64,000 nucleotides of DNA from an uncultured delta proteobacterium (GCA_963771465.1 CAVYTU010000017.1:1-64000), one strand, 5' to 3'; positions 42,439 to 52,634 are shown, numbered from the stretch's first letter. Notes: a model not told the origin generated them from the letters alone. Numbers and translations: made by a program.

Positions 42439-43356
42439 AGTTAGGCTAGCGATGAGATGGTCGATATAGCCTTCGTCATCCAGTTCTTTGACCCAGTGCA
42501 AATCCCAGAGCGTCAACGGATTCTCCACGGTCGGGCCGTATTCTTGGGCGGCGATATCATTGGTGTTCATTATCGCTTCGATGGTGGGGTAGGGTTTGAC
42601 TTGGAGCAGTTCGGCGATGGAGTCGATTTGGCGGCGTAACTCAGCGTGGTCGGCAACTTTCATCAAGCGCATGGGCTCTTGCTTGATGATCTCCATCGCT
42701 TCGTCGCGGCGATAGATCAAAAGCGCAACCGCGTGAATCACGGCTTTCATGTAGTCTTTGAGCAGCGCGGAATTTTGCCCGCCGAACTCGGCGGTGCAGG
42801 CTTGGGCGAATAGGCTGACGACTTCCGCTTCGGTGGCGGGAAAAACTTTCAGTCCAGCGGCCAACGCGTCGGGCAAATAAATCGGCGCGACGAAACACGC
42901 GGTGCATTCACCGCTTACGACTCTCTGCCACTGCTTCCAGCGGCCGATCTCTTTGTCGGTGACGATGATGGTCTTTACTTCCTTCTCCAAGCCGACCTTG
43001 CGCAGCCAAAGCGTGATTCGGTGCGGCCGGCCGAGATCGCGCACCGCCATTGTTTTGCCGCGCAGATCGTCAAGCGAGTTGAAGGACTGCGCGACGACCA
43101 GTTTCAAACCGCGTTGAATCTGCGGTGCGCAGAACAGTGTGATGTTCCTGCCCTTGGCCGCTTCGGTATGGAGATATTCGATATGTTCGATAATGACGTC
43201 GCAGTGTCCTTGGAATAGCGCTGCTTCGAATGCCGCTTGCTCTTCGATTTGAACGACCTCGACCGCGACACCGTAGTGGCGCTCGGCCATCGCTTTGATG
43301 CAGTAGATAACGGGTGTGCGATCGTGGTCACGGTAGGCGAGTCTGATGTTGCGCAT
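42436..43356 (-). CDS. ABC transporter substrate-binding-like protein (NitT/TauT fold)
   Basis: DDLRGKTMAV, YMKAVIHA, KPYPT, VKELDDEGYID. No obvious signal peptide. Confidence 0.75.
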   Translation of the reverse strand: MRNIRLAYRDHDRTPVIYCIKAMAERHYGVAVEVVQIEEQAAFEAALFQGHCDVIIEHIEYLHTEAAKGRNITLFCAPQIQRGLKLVVAQSFNSLDDLRGKTMAVRDLGRPHRITLWLRKVGLEKEVKTIIVTDKEIGRWKQWQRVVSGECTACFVAPIYLPDALAAGLKVFPATEAEVVSLFAQACTAEFGGQNSALLKDYMKAVIHAVALLIYRRDEAMEIIKQEPMRLMKVADHAELRRQIDSIAELLQVKPYPTIEAIMNTNDIAAQEYGPTVENPLTLWDLHWVKELDDEGYIDHLIASLT

Positions 43357-43369
43357 GATTGGAATCAGA

Positions 43370-44104
43370 TCAGAACGGACCGGCTGACACACTCGGCCAC
43401 GATGCCAATAATTTGCCGTAGCCCGTGATGTTGTAGCTGAGTCCGAGCTTGGAAAGAATCAGCCAGAGCATCGCCGGGTTGCTCGCGATGATGGGCAATT
43501 TCAATTCGACTTCCAGTTTGTCGAGGATCGGGATTGGATCGAGCAGGGCACCCTGAAAGTAAATCGCTTCGACATTGGGATACTCGCTCAGCGCTTTTCG
43601 CGTCATCGCTTCGACATCGCTCGACATCAGTTTCTGGGCGTCCGTGTGGGCGCGCAGGACTTGCGGCGGATAAAACGACTCGATGCCGAACGCCGCAAGA
43701 TAATCGTAATACAATTTCTTCAGTTGGTCGTCGACCGGAGTCATGAGCAGAATGCGCTTGGCGGAGAACGCCTTGAGCGCGGCTACCGATGAACGAAGCG
43801 CCAGAGCGACGGGAATAGGCAATGCCGCAGAAACCTGCTCCCACATGCCGGCATTGAGCACTTCTTTCGGCGCGCCGCTTATGATCAGGCCGTTCCAACC
43901 GTGTGCCGCGATCAATTGCTGCGACTGGTCGATCAGAGCGTCGACTTTGCCTTTGGCATTGTAAAGCGACGAGTTGGCACCCAGCTCTTGCACGAAGGTA
44001 AAGTCGATGTCGTCGGGGATGAAGTTTTTGAAGCTCGTATGATGCGGGCTTGACGCTGCGCTGGAGCCGAGGAAGCCGATCTTGGTTCGCGTCACATCCG
44101 CCAT
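43370..44104 (-). CDS. Asp/Glu racemase-maleate isomerase (AMDase) superfamily protein
   Basis: ALKAFSAKRILLMTP, LEVELKLPIIASNPAMLW, GYGKLL. Confidence 0.8.
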   Translation of the reverse strand: MADVTRTKIGFLGSSAASSPHHTSFKNFIPDDIDFTFVQELGANSSLYNAKGKVDALIDQSQQLIAAHGWNGLIISGAPKEVLNAGMWEQVSAALPIPVALALRSSVAALKAFSAKRILLMTPVDDQLKKLYYDYLAAFGIESFYPPQVLRAHTDAQKLMSSDVEAMTRKALSEYPNVEAIYFQGALLDPIPILDKLEVELKLPIIASNPAMLWLILSKLGLSYNITGYGKLLASWPSVSAGPF

Positions 44105-44290
44105 TGTTCCCCCGTTTCGCCGCCAACGCCAGGTTTGTTTCACGATGGCGGCGTTTGTTTCCGATACCGTGTTGGCTTCAGAATTATTAAAGCGCGAGCA
44201 CAAACGCAATCGAAAAAATTCGTCAGGCGGCTTGACAGCAACTCAACTTAGGATAAAACTGCGCTCAAGTCGCGAGGGAGAGAAAGTCCA

Positions 44291-44479
44291 ATGGAAAGAA
44301 TCGCTGCTCGTTGGTTAGGCTTCGCCGTATCAGAAAGGTTTTCGTTTTTGCTCAAGTCGTCGATCTTTCTCTCCATCTGCGGCGCGACTCTGTTCATCGC
44401 CCTGGCTTCGAGCTATCCGGCGGTGCACGATACCTTGCACAAAGCTCGTCACGCTCTAGCCGTAGTGCCTTGTCACTAA
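44291..44479 (+). CDS. CbtB-domain small membrane protein (putative cobalt transporter subunit)
   Basis: One TM helix followed by HDTLHKARHALAVVPCH. Confidence 0.8.
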   Translation: MERIAARWLGFAVSERFSFLLKSSIFLSICGATLFIALASSYPAVHDTLHKARHALAVVPCH

Positions 44480-45468
44480 AATCATATCTGGCGTTCCTCG
44501 TTCTTGTTGTCTTTGCTTTGCTGGCCGTTCCGCTCTCGGGCCAGGAGTTGAATATTCTATTTCAAACCTCGCCGCCGGTGGATTCGATTCGGCCCCATTC
44601 CGGATTGGTGCGCATGTCGGTGCTCGTCAGCGATGGCGCGGGCAAGCCGGTGGAAAGCGGTTGGGCTAACATTCGTCTCGATGCGCCTGATCGGAGTGGT
44701 TTTTTCTCGACTGATATTCCGCTCGTCGAAGGCACCAAGCTCGCCGAAATGCGCTTGCCGATCACGAGTGGTAAAGCCGAGTGGCAATACGCTTGGCCGA
44801 TTCGCGGCGAATATCGACTCGCCGTCGAGGCGGCCACCACGGACGGCAAGAAGGCGAGCAAGATTTTTGCCATTTCGGTGCGCGAAAACTTGACGAAGTG
44901 GTTAGCACTGGCGGGATTTACACTGGGGCTTTTTCTGTTTGGTTTCGTTGCCGGGAGAATTTTTACTGCGAGAACTGCGACCGCAGCCATTTTACTGCTA
45001 CCGCTACTTTTGTGTGGAACTGCACTTCCTTGCGCCGTCGCTCAAGTTTCACAAGCGTCGGAACAAGCGGCCCAGGCGAACTTGACCATCGAACCGGCTG
45101 TGGTCGGCAAGCCGAGTCGTATTATTTGGCGTTTGGTTGACGACGTCAACGTTCCGAGCGCAGGTGTGATGCTTAGCTTGGCGATCACGCAATTGGAGGA
45201 AGGGCATGCTTTGTTTGCACTTGAGAGGCTCGCAGTGGCTCGCGAGTTTGCAGTGGATTTTCAGTTCGTTGATGGCTCGGAGCATCGCGTGACGGCGGTC
45301 GCCGAGCTGCCCGGCCGACTGCCGATTTCGACCGAGCAGAGTATTTCAGTGACACCCGTTGAGCCGCCTGCAGCAGCGGCGCTCCCGGCGATGGCATTTT
45401 TTCTCTGCGTGATCGCTCTGGGGCTTGGCGTTGGAAGGTGGAGCAAACTTCGCGTGGCGACGCGATGA
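44470..45468 (+). CDS. Membrane protein with two extracytoplasmic beta-rich domains
   Basis: Overlaps the CbtB stop. Signal peptide, beta domain (WPIRGEYRLAVEA), TM, second beta domain, C-terminal TM. Start uncertain. Confidence 0.7.
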   Translation: MSLKSYLAFLVLVVFALLAVPLSGQELNILFQTSPPVDSIRPHSGLVRMSVLVSDGAGKPVESGWANIRLDAPDRSGFFSTDIPLVEGTKLAEMRLPITSGKAEWQYAWPIRGEYRLAVEAATTDGKKASKIFAISVRENLTKWLALAGFTLGLFLFGFVAGRIFTARTATAAILLLPLLLCGTALPCAVAQVSQASEQAAQANLTIEPAVVGKPSRIIWRLVDDVNVPSAGVMLSLAITQLEEGHALFALERLAVAREFAVDFQFVDGSEHRVTAVAELPGRLPISTEQSISVTPVEPPAAAALPAMAFFLCVIALGLGVGRWSKLRVATR

Positions 45469-45489
45469 TAGGAGATTGCAGGCGATAAA

Positions 45490-45517
45490 ATAGGGGCACG
45501 GAATGCCGTGCCCCTAT
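45490..45517. repeat. REP palindrome between convergent genes (possible terminator)
   Basis: ataggggcacgg-aatg-ccgtgcccctat. Confidence 0.7.
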
Positions 45518-45547
45518 ACGACTTACCTGTATGGTGAAATTCCGCTG

Positions 45548-46348
45548 CTACTTCTCCGACACGTCGATCAAAACGCCGTCGGGATCGGCCATCTGATATT
45601 GGCCAAAGCAGCATGAGGCGAGCAGGTTTTTCCTGACATCGCGCTCGGGATTTTTTTCCGGCCGGGTTTCTTCCTTGGCGTACAAATGGGCGTGCTTTTC
45701 TACGTCGGCTTTAAAAGCGGATAGACTTTCCACCTTGAAGCCGATGTGATCGAGTGCGGGCCGCTCGATGCCTGAACCGGAGAAGTCGGAAATCTTCCAC
45801 GGCATCACCGCCAGCGTCACCTTGCCGTCGGATAGGTAATGATTCGGATCACCCTGGGGTTTTTCTAACTCGGTCAGTTCAAAGACATCGCGATAGAATT
45901 CGCCGCATAAATCCGCGTCGACGCAGCGCAGGCCGAAGTGGCCGATGCGCCGTTTGCGCTCTTCGACCTGGTCGGTGTAAATGTCCCGGCGGTTTTCCAT
46001 ATTCAACTGCGACAAATCGAAGACGTTGCCGTTGGGATCGTGCATACTGATGCCGGCGAAGGGCCGGTTGCTCGGCCGATGCAACACTTGGATTTTGGGG
46101 TATTTGTCTTTGAGCCGGCCGAAGACGACCTCGGTGTCTTGGACTTCGAAGCCGAAATGATCGAAGCCGGCTTGGCGCCCCGGCGCGCGCGGGTTCAAGT
46201 TCAACCCAACGTAGCCGTCGCCCACGACCACGGCACCACCGGCGCGCTGTAGGCTTGATCGTTTCATGCCAAAAATATCCCGGTAAAAATTACCTTCATG
46301 ATCTGCATTGCTGGTGACGATAGCCATGTGTCTCATTTGTGCAAACAT
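45548..46348 (-). CDS. VOC family protein (two domains)
   Basis: RHMAI, DHFGFEV, DPNGNVFD, DHIGFKV, DPDGVLID. Confidence 0.88.
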   Translation of the reverse strand: MFAQMRHMAIVTSNADHEGNFYRDIFGMKRSSLQRAGGAVVVGDGYVGLNLNPRAPGRQAGFDHFGFEVQDTEVVFGRLKDKYPKIQVLHRPSNRPFAGISMHDPNGNVFDLSQLNMENRRDIYTDQVEERKRRIGHFGLRCVDADLCGEFYRDVFELTELEKPQGDPNHYLSDGKVTLAVMPWKISDFSGSGIERPALDHIGFKVESLSAFKADVEKHAHLYAKEETRPEKNPERDVRKNLLASCCFGQYQMADPDGVLIDVSEK

Positions 46349-46495
46349 AGCGGCTCCTTTTGCGCGGTTAAGATAAAGCTAACGTAGTTGAGGTATGAGT
46401 CGGTTGTCAACTCGAATGTAAACCGAGTGCTGGAGTAATGGGGGAGAGATGCGAACCCAACACTCCACTACTCCACCACGCCAAATCTTCCCGGC

Positions 46496-47959
46496 TTACA
46501 CGTTAACGATGACCACACCTTTCGGTTCGAGGTAGTAGTCGAGCGCTTCCGGGCCGTGCTCGCGGCCGACGCCGCTCGACTTGACGCCGCCGAAGGGCAG
46601 TTCGTCATAGCCGTAGTGGAGCGAGTTGACCCAGACGTTGCCGGCTTGGAGCTTATCGATCGCCTTGTTGGCGTGGAGTAGATTCCGTGTCCAGATCGAC
46701 GAACCAAGACCGAACTCCGACGAGTTGGCTTTCTCCAACGCTTCATCAAGGGTTTTGAAAGTATAGACCGGCAGCGCGGGACCAAAAACTTCTTCCTTGG
46801 TCAAGCGCGAGTCATCGGGCACGTTGGTCATGAGCGTCGGCAGATAGAAAAAGCCGTTATCGAACTCGGCGCCTTTGGGACGCTCGCCGCCGAAGAGAAC
46901 TTTGCCGCCGCGCGCCTTGGCGTCCTCGACTTGCTCTTCGACTTCCTGGCGCTGCGCGCCGACGTGAATCGGTCCCATGCGGGTCTCTTTGCTCATGCCG
47001 TTGCCGACGGTTTTCTTCTTCAAGATTTCCACCAAGCCGCCGATGAAATTGTCGGCGATGGATTCTTGCAGGAACAATCGCTTCACGCCCAAACACATCT
47101 GGCCGCAGTTAAAATAGCGGCCGACATCGGCCATCTTCACGGCCAAATCAACATTGGCATCTTCCATGACGATCATCGGATCGCTGCCGCCCAATTCCAA
47201 CGTCACGCGCTTGATCTCGCGGCCGGCGACTTCCATGACATGGCGGCCAATGGGCGTCGAGCCGGTGAACGCGATGCGGCGCACGCGCGGATTACGCAAA
47301 AGTTCTTCGCCAACGCTGCCGCCGGGGCCGGTGACGATGTTGACCGTACCCTTGGGCAACTGCTTTTGCGCTTTGCCTTCGCCGAATGTCGCTTGGGCGA
47401 TCAGTTCAATGACTTTGATCGTCGCCAGCGGCGTCGTGCTCGCCGGCTTGATGATGATCGTGTTGCCGGCGGCCAGCGCTGGACCGAGCTTGGTACCCAT
47501 TAAAGTCAGTGGAAAATTCCACGGTACGATACCGCCGCACACGCCGATCGGTTGGCGCACGACCATGCCATAGGCATTTTTTTGCGGCAGGGGCACATGG
47601 GAGCCGCGGACTTTGGACGCCAGGCCGGCGTAAAATTCCAACCCGTGGACAAGATGATGAATCTCCAAGCCCGCTTCGAACAGCGTCTTGCCCTGTTCTT
47701 GAGTCAGCAGTTGGGCGATTTCCGCAGTATTTTTCTTGATTAACTCGCCGGCGTTCATCAGCGCATTGCCGCGATCCTCGGGGGAGACATCGGCCCAAAC
47801 CTTAAAGGCTTCCTCAGCAGCTGAAATAGCTTGCTGTACGTCCTTGTCGTTGCCCTGGGGCACGGTGTCGACGGTCGCGCCGGTGGCGGGATTGCGCACT
47901 TCGCTGGTATTTTTGGTTACCGAATCGACGGACTCGCCGCCGATGAACATCTTGGCCAT
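46496..47959 (-). CDS. Aldehyde dehydrogenase
   Basis: PWNFP, FTGST, LELGG, GQMC, EEVFGP, PFGGVKSSG. Confidence 0.96.
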   Translation of the reverse strand: MAKMFIGGESVDSVTKNTSEVRNPATGATVDTVPQGNDKDVQQAISAAEEAFKVWADVSPEDRGNALMNAGELIKKNTAEIAQLLTQEQGKTLFEAGLEIHHLVHGLEFYAGLASKVRGSHVPLPQKNAYGMVVRQPIGVCGGIVPWNFPLTLMGTKLGPALAAGNTIIIKPASTTPLATIKVIELIAQATFGEGKAQKQLPKGTVNIVTGPGGSVGEELLRNPRVRRIAFTGSTPIGRHVMEVAGREIKRVTLELGGSDPMIVMEDANVDLAVKMADVGRYFNCGQMCLGVKRLFLQESIADNFIGGLVEILKKKTVGNGMSKETRMGPIHVGAQRQEVEEQVEDAKARGGKVLFGGERPKGAEFDNGFFYLPTLMTNVPDDSRLTKEEVFGPALPVYTFKTLDEALEKANSSEFGLGSSIWTRNLLHANKAIDKLQAGNVWVNSLHYGYDELPFGGVKSSGVGREHGPEALDYYLEPKGVVIVNV

Positions 47960-48034
47960 TAGGAAACCTCCGAAGAAATTAAAAATTCAATATTAAAAGT
48001 TAAAAAAGTTTCGGACTCTACATTATTGCCTTGG

Positions 48035-48817
48035 TTATTTTCCCTTGAATTGCGCCGTGCGTTTTTCGAGGTAGGCTTTGACGCCTTCTTGGCCGTCTTC
48101 GCTGCCGAAGGTTTGTGCGAGCAATTCGCGCTCGAAAGCCAAGCCGTCCGGCAACGATAGTTCGAGGCCGGTGGTGATGGCGCGCTTTACTTTGCCGACC
48201 GCGAGGCTGCTCTTGTTGGGCACGACGAACTGTTTGGCGTAATCCATTACCTGATCCATGAAGCCGTCTTTCTCGTAGATGTAATGGACGAGACCTATGT
48301 CGAGAGCTTCTTCGAAGGCGATGGTTTTACCCGTGAAGCAAAGCTCCATGGCGCGTGCTTTGCCGACCAAGCGCGGCAAGCGCTGGGTGCCGCCCATGCC
48401 GGGCATGACGCCCAAATTGATTTCCGCCAAGCCGACCTTGCCGCCTTCCTTCTTGGCGATGCGGATGTCGCAGGCCATGGCGATTTCCAAGCCGCCGCCG
48501 ACGGCGTGGCCGTTGATCGCGGCGATGATGATCTTGGGCGTGTTCTCCAAGCGCATCAATACTTCGTGGCCGTGCAGGGCGAAGTTATTTTTAAACCCCA
48601 GAGATTTACTCGACAGCATATTGATGTCGGCGCCGGCGGAGAAAAACTTCTCGACTTTGCCGGTGATGATGATGGCGTGCACGTCGTCGTTAAAACGCGC
48701 GTCGAGAATCGCCGCGTCGAGTTCTTTCAACAGCTCCGTCGTGTAGCTGTTGACCGGCGGGCGGTTGATTTCTAACACCGCGATACCGTTATCAATGCGA
48801 GAATCGATCATTGCCAT
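48035..48817 (-). CDS. Enoyl-CoA hydratase/isomerase family
   Basis: FSAGADI, GHAVGGGLEIAMACD, EINLGVMPGMGGTQRL. Confidence 0.95.
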   Translation of the reverse strand: MAMIDSRIDNGIAVLEINRPPVNSYTTELLKELDAAILDARFNDDVHAIIITGKVEKFFSAGADINMLSSKSLGFKNNFALHGHEVLMRLENTPKIIIAAINGHAVGGGLEIAMACDIRIAKKEGGKVGLAEINLGVMPGMGGTQRLPRLVGKARAMELCFTGKTIAFEEALDIGLVHYIYEKDGFMDQVMDYAKQFVVPNKSSLAVGKVKRAITTGLELSLPDGLAFERELLAQTFGSEDGQEGVKAYLEKRTAQFKGK

Positions 48818-48960
48818 AACTACCTCCTCAAGCAAAATCAACTTCATGAATTAGCTGGCATGACCGCGTAAGTCAAGGCGGCGTCAGCCTCTCTAAGTGG
48901 TTGGAAAGTGCATGCAACTATGGCATCAGTAAGCGAAATTGGCGGCGGAAGGAATGACGG

Positions 48961-50127
48961 TTGGCGAAGCAAGATTTGCATGACGAGCGGCGCGAAAAAG
49001 GGCTTGCGGCGCTGGTCGCGGCGGGAATTGCGATCGACGCGCCCACGATCGCGAGCATCGCGTCGCTCAAAGACGCCATCGGCAAATCGCCGGAGGCCGA
49101 TATTGCCGCGGTATATTTGCTTGGCAAGATTGCCGCGCATGAATCAGTCGAACTCCTTCGCCGGATTGAAAAAAGCGCCGGCGACAAAGACGTAAAGAAA
49201 GAGATCAAGCGCGCCTTATTCAAACTCGCGCAAAAAGGGCTGGCGATCGCCGACGATGCACCAAAGGAGAAAAAGCCCGCAAGGCTGTTTGAGCGCACGC
49301 CCGACATCGAAGCTTACATGTCGGCGGTGGACGGCGGCGGCGGACGTTTGATCTGGATCGCCAAGGCGCAGCCTAGTCACGGCTTGCAAGTGATCCAAGC
49401 GATGTTGCACGACCGCGAAGGACTACTTCGTTTCAGCGGCGTGCAAATGAAACGCAAAGAGCTGCGCGCCATGACTGACCAGATTAAACAGCAGCATGGC
49501 GTGAACATGATCGCGATCCCTTGGCAGTTTGCCGACCAAATTGTCTATGACGGCTACGAGAAAGCCAAAGCGCGAGGCCAGAGCGGTCTGGAGAATTTTC
49601 ACGACATCCGCTCGCTCATTGCCACCGGAAAGCCAAAGCCGGTTACCCATCCGGTTTACGCCAAGCTCGGCGCCGCTGATCTGCGCGACGGTTCCTGGCG
49701 CGAACAGTCGCGCCGGCTGCTCGACGAGCCGGAGCTGCGTTACTGGATCGTGATCGACGATTGGCTGAAAGGATACTTGGAACAGATCGAAGATGCGCGC
49801 ACCAGCCCGCTGGTACTCAATCAAATGCAAAAAGAGGAACGACTCGCGGCGATCGTGCGCGAGGCCGTGAAAAGTTTATGCGCCGGCGAGAGCGGCAAAG
49901 CCTTCAAGCAGCGTATGGAGGATACCGCGCTCTACTTTGCCGAGACCCAGCGCCTGGACCAGGCGAAACTTGCGCTCGCGATCGCCCAGCAAGTCGGCGA
50001 AGGCGAGCCAGGGCCGTTAGATATTTCTTTTCTGACCGGACTGATTCAAAAGAGCTTTGCATTCTACATGTCGCAACAAAAAGCGCAGCAAGACGAAGAG
50101 GAGTCGAGGTTGATCATCAAGCCGTAA
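48961..50127 (+). CDS. Hypothetical protein (HEAT-like N-terminus)
   Basis: 388-aa ORF with RBS; KKEIKRALFKL, SAVDGGG. Confidence 0.75.
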   Translation: MAKQDLHDERREKGLAALVAAGIAIDAPTIASIASLKDAIGKSPEADIAAVYLLGKIAAHESVELLRRIEKSAGDKDVKKEIKRALFKLAQKGLAIADDAPKEKKPARLFERTPDIEAYMSAVDGGGGRLIWIAKAQPSHGLQVIQAMLHDREGLLRFSGVQMKRKELRAMTDQIKQQHGVNMIAIPWQFADQIVYDGYEKAKARGQSGLENFHDIRSLIATGKPKPVTHPVYAKLGAADLRDGSWREQSRRLLDEPELRYWIVIDDWLKGYLEQIEDARTSPLVLNQMQKEERLAAIVREAVKSLCAGESGKAFKQRMEDTALYFAETQRLDQAKLALAIAQQVGEGEPGPLDISFLTGLIQKSFAFYMSQQKAQQDEEESRLIIKP

Positions 50128-50258
50128 AACGAATTGCAGCGATTTAACAAATCCCATTTTTGGGACGCCGAACGAAGTCATTGTCGATAGAAAAATATTG
50201 AATTCTCGGTAGCTTTGCGATAGACGTTTCCAGGCTTTCCCGAAATCGCACAATCAGC

Positions 50259-51725
50259 ATGATTTACCGGATACTCAAGCGCTGGGCTAAAGTCGACCCC
50301 GATAGGATTGTCATAGTCGCTGAGCGACGCTCGCTGAGTTACCGCCAATTGTTGGCCGAGGTCGATGACTGCGCCGCTTACTTTCAATCCCTCGGTCTCA
50401 AGCAGCAAACGCCGATTCTAATCGGCGTCCCGCCGGCGCCTGAGTTCTATGTGGCCTTCTTCGCTACCTGCGCCATCGGCGCAACCGCCATTCCGCTTTT
50501 GCCGTCATCGAGCGGAATAGCCGCGCCGGTGCGAGAGTGCAAGCCGGCTGTCGCCGTCGGCGGCCGGGCCTTTCTTAAATGCGTCAGGACTCAACTGCCT
50601 GAGCTTCGGTACGAAATTCTTTGGGATGCGAAGGTTGGCTTGCATTTGCCGCAAACCCGCCACCGATTTAGCAAAGAGCAGCTAGTGCGCGAGGAGAAAG
50701 TCCTGGCATTGCCAAGCTCGGGCAGCATGGGCGAGCCGATGCTGCGCTATCGCTCCGCCGAGATCGTCGTCAAACGGGCGCAATTGAGAGCCGAGCTAAC
50801 CGGCATCACGACCCGCGATGTGCTGCTTACCACCCGGCCAATCAACAGCGGCGCCGGTTTTAGTTTTCATGTCACGTTACCCGTGCTGTCCGGTTGTAAA
50901 GTCGTCGTGCACGAAAAATTCCAACGCTTTAAGGCGGCTGATACCATCGCCAAAGAGCGCGTTACAGTGCTCAATACCGTTCCCCTGGTTTTCGATCTCT
51001 TGGCTTCTATTCCCACTTCCTATCAGGTCGACTTTACGTCGCTCCGTTTGTGCATGTCGGGCGGCGCGCCGCTGTCACGCTTCGTGCGTGAAAAATTTCT
51101 CGAGCGCTATGGTATCCATCTGCGCCAACGCTACGGCGGCCGCCACTTCAGTCCAGCGTGTGCGTGGAACTATTCCGACGTTGCCGACGCGGTCGGGCAG
51201 AAAGCCGGACCCTTTCCGTTGACCGTAATTGGCGATGATGACCGCGAGATTGAGCCCGGCCAGATTGGCGAAGTGGCGTTCGATTATTCAAAAATGGCGC
51301 GGATCTGGAAGAAGGCCTTGAAGGATAATCCAAACCGCCGTGGCAAATATATCTACACCGGCGATTTGGGCAGGACCGACGCCGACGGCAATGTTTTTAT
51401 CGTCGGGCGCAAGAGTCGATTTATCAAGGTCGCGTCCAATCGAGTGGAGCCCGCGGAAGTCGAGAGTGTTCTGCGCTCTCATCCCCGGGTGCGCGACGCT
51501 CTCGTCTTTGGCTTGAGCGTGGGCCATGCCGACGAGGCGGTGGGCGCCATTATCGTAGCGTCGGGTAACGTCACGACTGAAGATATCCAAAGCTTTTGCG
51601 CCAAGCGGTTGGAACCATACAAATGTCCGCGTCGTATCGAGTTTCGCCGCAGCCTTCCGCACAACGCTCATGGGAAAGTGATCCGTCACCTCTTTACGAG
51701 CGGGATTGGTCAATCTTCGCCTTAA
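50259..51725 (+). CDS. Class I adenylate-forming enzyme
   Basis: SSGSMGEP, YTGDLG, GRKSRFIK…EPAEVE, PHNAHGKV. Confidence 0.9.
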   Translation: MIYRILKRWAKVDPDRIVIVAERRSLSYRQLLAEVDDCAAYFQSLGLKQQTPILIGVPPAPEFYVAFFATCAIGATAIPLLPSSSGIAAPVRECKPAVAVGGRAFLKCVRTQLPELRYEILWDAKVGLHLPQTRHRFSKEQLVREEKVLALPSSGSMGEPMLRYRSAEIVVKRAQLRAELTGITTRDVLLTTRPINSGAGFSFHVTLPVLSGCKVVVHEKFQRFKAADTIAKERVTVLNTVPLVFDLLASIPTSYQVDFTSLRLCMSGGAPLSRFVREKFLERYGIHLRQRYGGRHFSPACAWNYSDVADAVGQKAGPFPLTVIGDDDREIEPGQIGEVAFDYSKMARIWKKALKDNPNRRGKYIYTGDLGRTDADGNVFIVGRKSRFIKVASNRVEPAEVESVLRSHPRVRDALVFGLSVGHADEAVGAIIVASGNVTTEDIQSFCAKRLEPYKCPRRIEFRRSLPHNAHGKVIRHLFTSGIGQSSP

Positions 51726-51752
51726 CAAATTGATTTTAGAAATTAGCTTCGC

Positions 51753-52634
51753 ATGACGCGGGTACCGCTAATCAAGCTTTGCCATCGGGTGCCTGGTTTC
51801 ATGCGCTTGGGCCGGGCCATTCCAGTTCACTGGTATTTTAGCTGGATCAAGACGGTTGCGCCGCTGATCGGTTTTTTTTCCGTTCATGCCAGAGAACAGC
51901 GACGCTATGTCACGCTGGCGTTAGCCACGAGTCGCGGGCCGGGAGAATCGAAGAGTATTGCGCGCCGCAATCTGATCTACAGAAAATGGCGCGTTTGTCT
52001 GCAAGTGGCGTGGCCAAACATCGCCGGCCGCTATCACCAGTGGGTCTGCCTGCAAGGCGAGGAATACCTCAATCAGGTCTGCGCGGCGGGCCGAGGGGCG
52101 ATTTTGCTGTCAGGTCACAGTTTTGGTTTTAGCGGCATGGCGGTTCGAACGCTGGCACAGCGAGGTCATGAAATTATCAGGACCGGCGCGGGCCGAAATC
52201 CGGAGCGGCAGCGACGTCGCTGGGGCAATGGCGACTTTCAGCGCTGGCAATATCTTGGTTACCATGGTGATTACTGGCACCGGTTTCGTGTCCTCAAACA
52301 GCTGCAAGACGCGCTTAGACGCAAGGCGGTGCTGTATATCGGCATCAGAGGATTGCCTGCCGGCGATCCTGAATACGAGATCGATTATTGCCACGGCCGG
52401 TTTTTTCTCGATCCGCAGATTCTGCGGCTGATCGAAATATTGCAGGTTCCCGTTTTGCCTTGTTTTGTCTTGTGCGATAAGAACGGGCGGGCTGGGATAA
52501 AAATTTTCCCGGCGATAACTCCAGTTGCCAAGGAGATCATAACGGGTTTTGGTTCGCTCTATGCGGAGTATCTGCGAAACTTTCCCGAGAACGCCAATAT
52601 CTGGAAAAGAGTCGCGCGCGGAGAGGAGATTTAA
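51753..52634 (+). CDS. LpxL/lysophospholipid acyltransferase-like protein
   Basis: QGEEYL…AGRGAILLSGHSFG, VPVLPCF, YLRNFPE. Confidence 0.7.
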   Translation: MTRVPLIKLCHRVPGFMRLGRAIPVHWYFSWIKTVAPLIGFFSVHAREQRRYVTLALATSRGPGESKSIARRNLIYRKWRVCLQVAWPNIAGRYHQWVCLQGEEYLNQVCAAGRGAILLSGHSFGFSGMAVRTLAQRGHEIIRTGAGRNPERQRRRWGNGDFQRWQYLGYHGDYWHRFRVLKQLQDALRRKAVLYIGIRGLPAGDPEYEIDYCHGRFFLDPQILRLIEILQVPVLPCFVLCDKNGRAGIKIFPAITPVAKEIITGFGSLYAEYLRNFPENANIWKRVARGEEI

